Shown piece after piece: positions 36,246-47,095 of a stretch of DNA of 64,000 nucleotides; the first letter of the stretch is position 1, and the number at the start of each line of letters is the position of its first letter. The notes under the pieces are model-generated. The model did no database searches, was not told the DNA's origin, and saw only the letters and a program-made list of their open reading frames with translations. This DNA comes from Podarcis erhardii (Eukaryota): assembly GCA_964252035.1 (NCBI GenBank), contig OZ176202.1, one strand, 5' to 3'. The translations under genes were made by a program, and so were the position numbers.

Positions 36246-36561
36246 CTTGCAAGAAGATCAAACCTATCCATTCTTAAAGAAATCAGCCCTGAGTACTCAC
36301 TGGAAGGACAGATCCTGAAGCTGAGGCTCCAATACTTTGGCCACCTCATGAGAAGAGAAGACTCCCTGGAAAAGACCCAGATGTTGGGAAAGATGGAGGG
36401 CACAAGAAGAACGAGGACGACAGAGGACGAGATGGTTGGACAGTGTTCTCGAAGCTACCAACATGAGTCTGACCAAACTGCGGGAGGCAGTGGAAGACAG
36501 GAGTTCCTGGCGTGCTCTGGTCCATGGGGTCAGGAAGAGTCGGACACGACTAAACAACAAC
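36246..36561 (+). mobile_element. BovB-type RTE 3' fragment with TSD actgagat
   Basis: MRREDSLEKT.MLGK.EG...; (CAA)n tail; TSD at 36238-36245 and 36562-36569. Confidence 0.9.
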
Positions 36562-36904
36562 ACTGAGATTTAATTCTGTGCAGTAGGGGTTGCCGCCTAA
36601 AGCTTTGGGATCAGCTTTAATTGATGAAGGCATGTTTTAATAATAATAAGGCTATTGTCCAATGGGAAATGGGAAGCAAAACATAATCACAGTCTGTCGT
36701 AACAATGAAGGATCGTTTTTGCTTACTAACAATATAAGGCATTTTCTATCACCCAATTTAACACTTTAAGATTACCCAGAAGAGTTTGTGTACGTTGTCT
36801 TAATCAGTGCTTTTTTGGAGGGGGGAAAGTGCTGGTACTCCTCATGACGTTGTTACAGAAGTGCCACACTTTTAACATTTGGAAAAGAAAAAAAAGTGCC
36901 AGTA

Positions 36905-37158
36905 TAGTGGTACCTCGGGATGCAAACAGGATCCATTCCAGAGCCCCATTCCCATCCCGAATGGAACGCAAGACGCGACGGCGCGTCTGTGCGTGCGCGG
37001 GTCACGTTTCGCAGCTACCGCGCATGCGTGTGATGTCATTTTGAGCGCCTGCACATGCGCGAGCGGCGAAACCCGGAAGTAATGCGCTCCGTTACTTCCA
37101 GGTTGCCGCGGACCGCAACTTGAACACGCACAACCCGAAGCAGATTCAGGTATGACTG
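36905..37158. mobile_element. Tc1/mariner MITE, family 3, CpG-rich
   Basis: TA|tagtggtacctcggg ... aggtatgactg|TA. Confidence 0.75.
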
Positions 37159-37562
37159 TACTGCGTATCCTTGAGTACCCCCAGAAGAAACACATAAACA
37201 CTGGTCTTAATAATCCTTACAATGGTCCTATAAGGTTGGCTTTTCAAAAAGGCACAGGGAGGTACAGATAGGGTCTACCGGAGACCTTTAGGCAGCCAAG
37301 GCAAAGCACGCCACTCATGCCCCCAGCCCAGATCCAGACCCATGCCCCGGGAGACCAACAGCAATGCAGGAGCTTTGCAGAAATGCCATGTTTTTCACTA
37401 AGAGGTATAGCAAAAAGAGGGTGTTCTGCAAGGCATTGCTGCTGCTGTCCTTGGCTTTGGGCTGTGTCTTTACCCTGCCCGAAGGAAAGCCAGAAGCCAG
37501 TGGCACCAAGGCCAGATCAGAATCTCCCACCCACTGTGGGTTGCCTCACATTGCCTCTTTGG

Positions 37563-37563
<1 letters not shown>

Positions 37564-37608
<45 letters not shown>

Positions 37609-38192
37609 TTATACCCCATCCTTCCCAGTTCAAAAACCGGGCTCAGGGTGGCTAACAACAAATTTAAACCACTTTAAAACACTTAATTATAATAGCAGCA
37701 TAAAATACAGTATAAGAACATGAATACCAATAAAATTCAAAAATAAAAAATCAATTAGATAATCTCCAGGGCTAGCTGGCTGCATTAGTCCTACTTGGGC
37801 CAGCAAGAAAGCCAGGGGAGAATTAGCTGTGGGGTCTCAGAGCGGGTAATCTTCATAAAAGGGAAGGGGGAGGGAAGAGAAGGGAAATAAAAGTTCAGGC
37901 TGAATTCAAATTAAAGGCCAGGCGGAATAGCTCTGTCTTACAGGCCTGACGGATGGAGGTTGAATCTTGAAGGGCCCTAGTCTCATGGGACAGAGCATTC
38001 CACCAGGTCGGAGCCATCCCTGAAAAGGCCCTGGCCCTGGTGGAGGATGGTTTGACTTCCTTAGGGCCTGGGACCTCTAAACTATGGTTATTCATGGACC
38101 TTAAGGTCCTCTGCGGGGCATACCAGGAGAGGCGGTCCCGTAGATACGAGGGCCCTAAGCCACAAAGGGCTTTAAAGGTCAAGACCAGCACC
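37564..38192 (-). mobile_element. L2 LINE 3' fragment
   Basis: VLVLTFKALCGLGPSYLRDRLSWYAPQRTLRS; closely related to 11004-11920. Confidence 0.88.
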
Positions 38193-38498
38193 AACCATGC
38201 TAGGGCAGCAAGCTAGCTTAGGGAGTGGTTTGCAGACCACATGCCCCTTTTCCACGCCTCAGAATCTGTCACCTGAGGCAGCTGCCTCATTCTGTCTCAT
38301 GGTAGAGCCGGCCCTGAGAGCATAAAGCAGTGGCTTGCTCAAAGCAACCGGGTGAGTTCAGTGGTAGCGTTTGAGCCGGGCATATTCCAACTCACAGCTC
38401 TGGCACTACCTGAGGAAGGCAATGCTGCAATGTGTTGAATGTTCCATCAGCCCAGGCATTTCAGCCTGCCAGAGGGAGTAATCCCCACTCTTCCACAG

Positions 38499-39634
38499 TG
38501 TTATGGACTGGTTGGATGTAGAAGAATGGTGGGAGGAACCAGTTGTGGAACTGCCAAGGGAAGAAGGCTCAGAGCCTGGGGAGTGGTGGTGGGACAACGA
38601 TGAGTGTTCAGAGGGAGAAGACTGGGAGGAGAAGGTGTCGGAAGCTGAAGAAGCAACAGGACTTAGTGAGCTGGGGGAGTCTGTGGCAGACAGAAGTCCA
38701 GAATCAGAGACAGAAGCCGAAGCAGGGGAGGGAGGGGAGGGAGGTCAAGAGGCAGAGATGAGACAGGCTGTGTCCAGTTCTGGGCACCACAGTTCAAGAA
38801 GGACACTGACAAACTGGAACGTGTCCAGAGGAGGGCAACCAAAATGGTCAAAGGCCTGGAAACGATGCCTTATGAGGAACGGCTAAGGGAGCTGGGCATG
38901 TTTAGCCTGGAGAAGAGGAGGTTAAGGGGTGATATGATAGCCATGTTCAAATATATAAAAGGATGTCACATACAGGAGGGAGAAAGGTTGTTTTCTGCTG
39001 CTCCAGAGAAGCGGACACGGAGCAGTGGTTCCAAACTACAAGAAAGAAGATTCCACCTAAACATTAGGAAGAACTTCCTGACAGTAAGAGCTGTTCGACA
39101 GTGGAATTTGCTGCCAAGGAGTGCGGTGGAGTCTCCTTCTTTGGAGGTCCTTAAGCAGAGGCTTGACAACCATATGTCAGGAGTGCTCTGATGGTGTTTC
39201 CTGCTTGGCAGGGAGTTGGACTCGATGGCCCTTGTGGTCTCTTCCAACTCTATGATTCTATGATTCTATGATTCTATGATTCTATGCTGGTGAAGAGTCG
39301 CAAGTGTCTCCCTTTCCTGCTGCAACAAGCTCCTCTCCCCCTTGTCTCCCAGAACCAGTAGAAGCATGAAAAGGGTGGAGGAGGGGTTGGCTGCGAGGCA
39401 CAGTCTCTGATTGCTTGGGAAAGCCCTGGAGAGGAGGAGACTTAAGATGGCTGTGAGGAGGCGGGGACTTTCAGTCTTGGCAACTGATCCATGGGGCCAG
39501 TCGTCATTAGGCCTGGCATTCAGCCAAGTCTGTGGAGATTGTTTTGTTTGCCAACAAAGCATTAACTCAAACTTTGAACTGTGCTCTGGCTGGGTGTCGC
39601 CCAATCCCCAGGAGCCAATTTCATGGGCCGTACA
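38499..39634 (+). mobile_element. Putative solo LTR (tgttatggac ... gggccgtaca), split by a CR1 insertion
   Basis: TG...CA ends; purine-rich sequence reads continuously across the CR1 (gacaggctg | gctggtgaagag); TSD not clean. Confidence 0.55.
38771..39285 (+). mobile_element. Young CR1 LINE 3' fragment
   Basis: Same ORF2 C-terminus as 20534-20967; longer (ATTCTATG)n tail; 4-nt duplication gctg. Confidence 0.93.
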
Positions 39635-40074
39635 GGCAGGGGAGCCCCATTGTTCATATGGCAGTCCATGTGCGGGCTTCTGCTGATGGGACTTTTTAGC
39701 CAAATCCCAATAGGCTATGCAATCTCTGCTCAAGAGGAGGAGACTCTTCTGTGAGGAAGCTCTATCTTAAAGCACATGAAGAAAACTCTCTGTTCAATCC
39801 TGGTCTACTCCAGGTTGTTGTTGCTGTTTTTAAAAAAGGTTGGGTAGGAGATAATAGGAAAGACTGCCAGCCCAAGACACTGCCAGCCAGAGTAGTCAGT
39901 ACTGGACTACATGCAGAAACAGGATGTGCCAGTATAAGACTGCTTCCTCTGTATATTTACAGATGGCGAGTGTTAATATGCAGTACCTTTAATCAATGAT
40001 TTTTTTTTTAACTTGCTGAAATATAACTAAGTGGTCCAGCTTAAAACATTTGGACTTTATATTCTTAGCTGGAA

Positions 40075-40119
<45 letters not shown>

Positions 40120-41427
40120 CTGCCCTATACCCGCAGGTCTCAGGGCGGTTTACAGGATAAAATCAGAATATAAAACCACAAAATACATAATCAAAACAAA
40201 AAAAACCCCCAATAACCCCCACCCCTGAGCATCTCTGCTTACTGACAGTAAATGCAAGATATGAAACCCTGAAAAATCATGCATCCTAGCATCTCCGCCT
40301 CCCCCCCCCCCATATAATTTCTGTTGATAAATGTCATCTTGCACATTTATCTTTTTTGCTGTTGTTGTTGTTGCCTGGCTGAAAACATACACCTGCAAAA
40401 GGCACCGCCAAAAGGCAATCACGTACCACAAGCCCCAATAAAAATCAAAGAGAAAAGCCAAATTATATTGCCATGACATCTGTCCTGCCATCTGCTACAG
40501 CTCCCACAAACAAATTAAACCCATCCAGCGATTATCCTGATGTTTTTTTACTTTTGGCATAATCAGCTCCGGCTTACAGTGGCAAAATAAGCATGGAACA
40601 CTTCAGGTTCAAAGACTATTAAGCCTGCAATCCTGTTCATGTTTTCCTGGAAGAAAGCTCCACTGATCTCAATGGGACTATTTCTGAATAGTTGTGCATA
40701 GGGTGACACTGCTGCTATTCAACCCACCAATGAATTTGGGGGCATGAGTGACCCCAAAGATACAGAACTATGAGACATAACCCCACCCCACCCCAACCCT
40801 TTGCTATTTCACGCTCCTTGTATTCTTGTACGATGAAGGAATGCTAGCTCCCTCCCCATCTCCATTAAAAACAAAGGAGAGAGCAATCCGAGAGTTGAAT
40901 CTTTGAAAAGGGGGAGATCCCTGTGGCACCACTTCGGGTCATGAGCAAATGAGTGTGAGAATGAACACACATTTCATTTTCTGTATTTCATTTCAGCTGA
41001 AATGAAAGCACAGGTGGCAAAGTTACGGTGACTAAATTGGGCCTCGGTGTTTAAAGGTTGCATTTGCGGCTCAGGACCCCAATGCCTCACATGTCGTCTC
41101 TCCCCACATTAACTCACCCAAACCCAGTGTTCATCATCTGACGACCTTCTCTGTGTGCTCTCTCCAAGGGAGGTTCACAGAACAGGCCTTTTCAGTGGTG
41201 GCTCCTCACTTACGGAATGCTCTCCCCAGGGAAGCACACCAGGTGCCACCAATGCCTACTTTTAGGTGCCATGCCATTTTTTTTTATTTTTAATCATTTT
41301 CAGGTTTTTTGGCCTTTTACTTGTGGTGTTTCAGATCCTGCAGCCTCCTTTACTGGGTAGGATGTGTCAGACCTCCTTTTATTTGTAGATGGATGTTTTC
41401 TGTTTTGTTTTAGTTTCATGTTGCTTT

Positions 41428-41430
<3 letters not shown>

Positions 41431-41492
<62 letters not shown>

Positions 41493-41702
41493 TTATTTAT
41501 ACCCCACCCATCTGGCTGGGCTAGCTCAGCCACTATGGGAGGCTTCCAACAAAATATTAAACATTAAAAGCTTCCCTAAACAGGGCTGCCTTCAGATGTC
41601 TTCTAAAAGTCTGGTAGTTGTTGTTCTCTTTGACATCTGGTGGGAGGGAGTTCCACAGGGTGGGTGCCACTACCGCCCTCTGCCTGGTTCCCTGTAACTT
41701 GG
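41431..41702 (-). mobile_element. L2 (second family) 3' end with a long (AAT)n tail
   Basis: Same motif as 34141-34380. Confidence 0.75.
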
Positions 41703-41992
41703 CTTTTAAATTTTTTTTAAGTTGCTTTGAATTTATCTTTATTTTATTCTTTTTTAAAAAATGAATAACTTTAATTAATAAAGCCCTTCACAACTTGAGA
41801 CCAGTTTACCTACAAGGTCATCTTACCCCAAATGTTCCCACTTGGCCGCTTCGATTGGCGGATTTGTCACTACTATTGCCTTCATCCCTTCTTGGAACAT
41901 CAGGCCAGTGTTGGGAACAGAATGCTGGAATAGGTTCTAATGCACGCAACTGGCTGTAGTTCAGATATGAGCACTGGCTACCATCTACTGTA

Positions 41993-42348
41993 AAGGTAAA
42001 GGTAAAGGAACCCCTGACCATTAGGTCCAGTCGCAGACAACTCTGGGGTTGCAGCGCTCATCTCGCTTTATTGGCCTTGGGAGCCGGTGTACAACTTCCA
42101 GGTCATGTGGCCAGCATGACTAAGCCACTTCCGGCAAACCAGAGCAGCACACGGAAACGCCGTTAACCTTCCCGCCAGAGTGGTACCTATTTATCTACTT
42201 GCACTTTGATGTGCTTTCGAACTGCTAGGTTGGCAGGAGCAGGGACCGAGCAACAGGAGCTCACCCCATCGCAGGGATTCAAACCATTGACCTTCTGATC
42301 TGCAAGCCCTAGGCTCTGTGGTTTAACCCACAGTGCCACCTGCGTCCC
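41993..42348 (-). mobile_element. Sauria SINE with 13-bp TSD accatctactgta
   Basis: TSD at 41980-41992 and 42353-42365. Confidence 0.93.
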
Positions 42349-42414
42349 AATCACCATCTACTGTAGTTCTCCCTAAATCAGGAGTTGCCAAGGTGTCGCC
42401 TTCCAAATGGGTGA

Positions 42415-42556
42415 CACTCAGTTCGAAGAGCATGAGGCTCCTATTCTCTGGGTTGTGGGTTCAAGCCCTATGTTGGGCAAAAGATTCCTGCATTGCAGGG
42501 GGTTGGACTAGATGACTCTTGTGATCCCTTCCAACCCTACAATTCCACGAATCTAT
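42415..42556 (+). mobile_element. tRNA-Lys-like-headed SINE with CR1-type 3' tail, eroded
   Basis: ctcagttcgaagagcatgaggctc...gggttcaagccctatgttgggc followed by gcagggggttggactagatgac...ccttccaaccctacaattc. Confidence 0.6.
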
Positions 42557-44210
42557 AAAATGCTCTTGAGCTACAGCTCCCAGCAGCTGTTATGGCCAAC
42601 AGTCAGGTACAATGGGAATTGGAGTCCAACAGCATCTTGAGTGCTCTGCGTTGTGCTATCTCCATCCTGCACTACCTGACAAACTATTTCAGACCCTAGT
42701 TCTTAGCTACATTGTTCTAAAATTTGTGATTCAAACCAGCATAGTCCCCCACACCCCTCATGCTCCCTGAAGTGGCTTTGCTTGCTTATGTGAACATATT
42801 TTCTTTACAACCCCCCCCCCCAAAAAAAATTTGCTTCCTTTTTGAATGGCACGAACAACATTTTAATTGTCGTGTCTACTGGCAAACGAGAACGGTTTAT
42901 CAGCAACCGCACATGGGTAGGAGCGATAATAGTTCTGTGTGGCAAGCACTGCCTTTGCTGTAGCTTACGGAATCCCAAACACTGTAATCATATTAATGCA
43001 TGACCGTTTGGGATTCAACTATTACTGGAAGGAGGCGAAGCAATGCTTTGAAAAGCTGTTCCTTTCCCTCCCCACCCCACCCCCCAAGATAGGGAAAACC
43101 CTTGGGTAGCGTATAATACTCCAGAAGCTGAATAAACACACAACTGATTTCTGTAGGACAAGCAGCCAGATAACACTGTGAGTACATCATATTAGTATCG
43201 GTCCCAGCAGAGGAGGGTCCGTGTTCCAGAAAATTATATTGGGGGAAATGCCCAAACCATACGTTGTGAGGGATGACAAACAACGTAAACAGAAAGAAAT
43301 TCCATGCCCTGTCAAAGATACTTACTGAAAATCCTTTTGCTGAAGCATGCCATTAAACTTGCAAAGAATGGTGGTGGGGTTTGTGGGGTTTTTTTAGTAG
43401 ATTTGCATATGCTTGTTCCTTTCTCCAGTGGCTGGGATATGTAAAAATATTCCCTAGTTCTATTTTATTTCAAAAACTGTAGGTTTCTATCTCTCCCTCC
43501 TTCTCTTTCTCTTTCATAATGCTGCACTCTTTAAGAAGATGGGGAGGGGAGCAGTGAGGAGAAAAATGTCCCATATGTAATAGCAGGATTTTGCCACAGG
43601 GTGGTACACCATGCATATTTAACTGAAGAGTTTTGTAATTCATCTGACAGTCTAGTTAGGCCCCCTCTGCCAGCCGCAGTCCACCAGTAATAGGAACAAT
43701 CTGGAGGCATCAAAAATAACTTGATTTCTGCCAAAGGCTTGCATCTTCTAAAATAAGAAACAAGGACTCCCTTCTCAGAATAACGTTTCATTTACAGCAG
43801 CACAAATGGAAGGCTCGGTCTTAACTAGTGCTAAGCTTATAAGGAAGGTGGGTTGTTGTTGTTTTGACAAAGCTTTTGTTAAGGGACTGAAATTAAAACT
43901 GCTGATATTGCAATGACATGTGTGGTCTGACCATATTTGGATTGCTGTGTATAAATTTGGTCACCTCACCTCAAAAAGGATATTGTAGGATGTGGGGAAA
44001 GGATCAGAAAAGAGCGAAATTGAACGTTCTGATTCATTCCTCGGTTTCTTAGTCATTATGCCAGGGGTCACCAACATGGTACTTGTGGGTTCCAACATCA
44101 ACTTCATTGGACTGGTCAAGTTGTTCAGATGCCTGATTATTCTCTTCCAAAACAACTACCCTATTCCAAACTTTAAAATGGAAAGCATAATGCTGATGGT
44201 CAACAAAAGA

Positions 44211-44562
44211 GGTTTAAAGACTCTCTCAAGGCAAATCTTAAAAAGTGTAGTCTAAACACTGACAACTGGGAAACACTGGCCTGTGAGTGCTCCAGTTGGA
44301 GAACAGCCTTTACCAAAGGTGTCATGGGCTCTGAAGATGCTCGAACGCAGGATGAAAGGGAGAAACGTGCTAAGAGGAAGGCACGCTTGGCAAACCCTCA
44401 CAGTGATCAACTCCTGCCCGGAAACCAGTGTCCCTACTGTGGAAGGAGGTGTGGATCCAGAATTGGCCTTCGCAGTCACTTACGGACTCGCTGCTAAGAC
44501 CATGTTCATGGAAGACAATCTTACATGGCTATGAGTGATCGCCAGAGAATAAGAATAAGAAT
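44211..44562 (+). mobile_element. RTE-clade LINE 3' end with C-terminal CxxC..HxxxH-like motif and (AAGAAT)n tail
   Basis: Reads FKDSLKANLKKCSLNTDNWETLA...QCPYCGRRCGSRIGLRSHLRT. Confidence 0.75.
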
Positions 44563-44656
44563 TGTGGGTACAGATAGGTAGCCGTGTTGGTCTGCCATAG
44601 TCAAAACAAAAAATTCCTTCCAGTAGCACCTTAAAGACCAACTAAGTTAGTTCTAG

Positions 44657-44694
44657 GTATGAGCTTTCGTGTGCATGCACACTTCTTCAGATAC
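44657..44694 (-). ncRNA. Minimal type-I hammerhead ribozyme motif on the NRXN1 sense strand
   Basis: GUAU-CUGAAGA-A-GUGUG(CAUG)CACAC-GAA-AGCU-C^AUAC: 4-bp stem I, 5-bp stem II, palindromic AGCU in place of stem III, CUC cleavage triplet. Confidence 0.75.
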
Positions 44695-44700
44695 GAAGAA

Positions 44701-44738
44701 GTGTCTGAAGAAGTGTGCATGCACACGAAAGCTCATAC
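44701..44738 (+). ncRNA. Mirror-image hammerhead ribozyme motif on the antisense strand
   Basis: GUGU-CUGAAGA-A-GUGUG(CAUG)CACAC-GAAAGCUC^AUAC; stem I contains one G-U pair. Confidence 0.7.
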
Positions 44739-45002
44739 CTAGAACTAACTTAGTTGGTCTTTAAGGTGCTACTGGAAGGAATTTTTTGTTTTAAGAATTG
44801 TGGGTTCCATTCTGCCTGCTCCTATGGTGCCCATGAAAGGTCTAAGCAAAGATTCCTCAAAAAAATCCACAGTACGTGAGAGGCTATTTCTTCTTCCTGC
44901 TCAGCTCCTATTTGCACCGGCTCAGCCGCTCATACACCAAACACATCCCTGTAAATATGCCCACATTTCACAAGATGCCAGGATTGGGCACCCACCTTCC
45001 TG

Positions 45003-45258
45003 GAGCCAGTGTGGTGTAGTGGTTAAGAGCGGTAGTCTCCTAATCTGGGGAACCGGGTTCGCGTCTCCGCTCCTCCACATGCAGCTGCTGGGTGACCTTG
45101 GGCCAGTCACACTTCTGTGAAGTCTCTCAGCCCCACTCACCTCACAGAGTGTTTGTTGTGGGGGAGGAAGGGAAAGGAGAATGTTAGCCACTTTGAGACT
45201 CCTTAAAGGGAGTGAAAGGCGGGATATCAAATCCAAACTCTTCTTCTTCTTCTTCTTC
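45003..45258 (+). mobile_element. tRNA-derived SINE (Squam3-like) with (TTC)n tail
   Basis: Near-identical to 12376-12615. Confidence 0.8.
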
Positions 45259-45353
45259 CTATCTGTTCTGAGCACAGAAGAGCTTCTCTCTGTGGGTGAC
45301 TGCCAGCCAGCATGGTGAAGGTTGATGTAAGTGCCTTTTACTCATGGATCAGG

Positions 45354-46544
45354 TGCAGGGGCATAGGAAGGGAGGGCGGTGGGGGTGGCACACCACGTGG
45401 GGCTCACCCTGCTGCCCCGGGTGCACAGCATGGCCACCACTCTGGGAGCCCATGCAGCTAACTCCACCCTTTCACAAGGGCTGCACTGGTTGGTTGAAAA
45501 GGCAGTGGGTTGTTGGGGGAGAAGTCTTTGGGGCTGCCACAAATCATGCTTCTTGGCTGTTGGATGACCAGCTTGTCCCCAACTCCTAACTTGGGATTGA
45601 GGAGAGGGATGGGGTTTGCCCTCCGGAATCCTTTCAGCTTAGCCTGGCAAGGTTGAGCTTCCTATAGGGACAGAGCCACAGCAAAGAATGACAACAGATC
45701 CCTGGGAGAGGGCAAAAAAGTCCTCGATTCCCCAACTTATTTTGCATCCAGAGGTGGCACGTGCTCTCCAGGATGCAATGAGTGGATCCGGGCTGGATCA
45801 GTACTTTAGATGCGGTTGAGAAAGAAAGACGAAGGAAGAGGAGGAGTTTGTTTTGTTTTGCCATGGGAAAAGAGGGTGCCAGCATGGAGTAAGGCAGAGA
45901 GAAGGGACTTGGGCAGGTGGGCAGGGAAATGGAAGAACGGGGACCTCGGCCTTCGTATTCCCAGAGACTCCATTGCACCAGAGACAGGGTGTTCTTTCCG
46001 GCGCTGGACAGGGTCTCCAAAGAGACCACGTGCAACCCAGCAAGTGGGGCATGTTTAGGGTGATGTTGCTTCTCTGCCTTTCTTTGGCTGCTGTAGGGAT
46101 GATTGCTGGGTCCGGAGGGAGGACACTCCCCACCCGCAGGCAGCCTCAGTCTGCCTGCACACGTGACCTTGGGGTGCGGGGCACCCCCCCTCACAGACAA
46201 AGCCACAGCTGTCTGAACATCGTGCCCTCTGTCTAACCTTTTGCCGTCTCAGTCGTCTGCGGTGCCCTGTCTGTAACCTTTGTCTCTGAGACCTTTTGTC
46301 TCCTTCGTCATACACTGTACAAGGGGAAAATGACGGAGTGGAAACAGGTGCCAAAATAACTTTGTACCACCCCACGATCTTGGGACTGGAAGATGCGTAA
46401 AGGTCACAGCCCAAAATGTATCTGCCTGGGTTTGAATATTTGTGTCAATAAAAGGAGCCTCCACAGAGCTGGCTGGCAGCTTGCTTGCAGCTCACCTGTG
46501 CGCAGCTCACCTGCATTATCAACTCCTGCCTCATGTCTGTCACA
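45354..46544 (+). mobile_element. Putative solo LTR, 1191 bp, TG...CA, with 5-bp TSD tcagg
   Basis: tcagg at 45349-45353 and 46545-46549; aataaa at about 46447 near the 3' end; the 5' boundary rests on the TSD only. Confidence 0.45.
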
Positions 46545-47095
46545 TCAGGCTGCAAACCCATTTAAAGTGCACACACCCCAAGAATCCTGTGAGGTGTCTC
46601 TTCCAAGCCTACCCTGAGCTGTCGATGTCTGTGGGGAGGGTGTGACAAAAAAAAAAAAAAAATTGTGCTGGGTACCACCTGACCTTGCTACATATCTGAT
46701 CAGGTGAAAGAAGTGACCAAACCATTGTGCAGCTGTCCTTTTCTGTGTTTTGAGCTGTGCCAGTCATTACGCCATTCCCCCAGAGCAGCCATTGTGTGAC
46801 TGGCACCCATGGCATCCTCAACATTCCAAACGTGCCCACTGGGCCGGAGAAGGTTGTCAACCCCTGGTATGCATGTTGGTTCTCTGAGATGTAAACCAGG
46901 GCCTTCCCACCCATTCCCTTAACCTCAATTCTACATTAGCCTTCACAACACAACACAGTAGTGGTAGCTGCTGCTACATCACACTGCTAGTTTCTCACCT
47001 GCCAATCAGTATCAAGACCCTCAGCAGTTTTGAAGTCATCTGTGAAAGAAAAGGGAATCTGTGTTCTAACCAAATGGGTAAATGAATGGGCCTAC

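Larger units (their letters stand above)
44570..44792. mobile_element. Penelope-like element terminal fragment as a perfect fold-back (89-bp arms), with 13-bp TSD aagaattgtgggt
   Basis: Arms 44603-44691 and 44704-44792 are exact reverse complements; TSD at 44557-44569 and 44793-44805; the gtagccgtgttggtct...tagcaccttaaagaccaac...gagctttcgtg motif resembles reptile Penelope/Neptune pseudo-LTRs as I recall them. Confidence 0.8.

Noticed and set aside
38844-39191. Protein-coding gene from ORF MVKGLETMPYEERL... (also 20521-20799, 54000-54350)
   Set aside because: These are C-terminal fragments of CR1 ORF2 in 5'-truncated copies.
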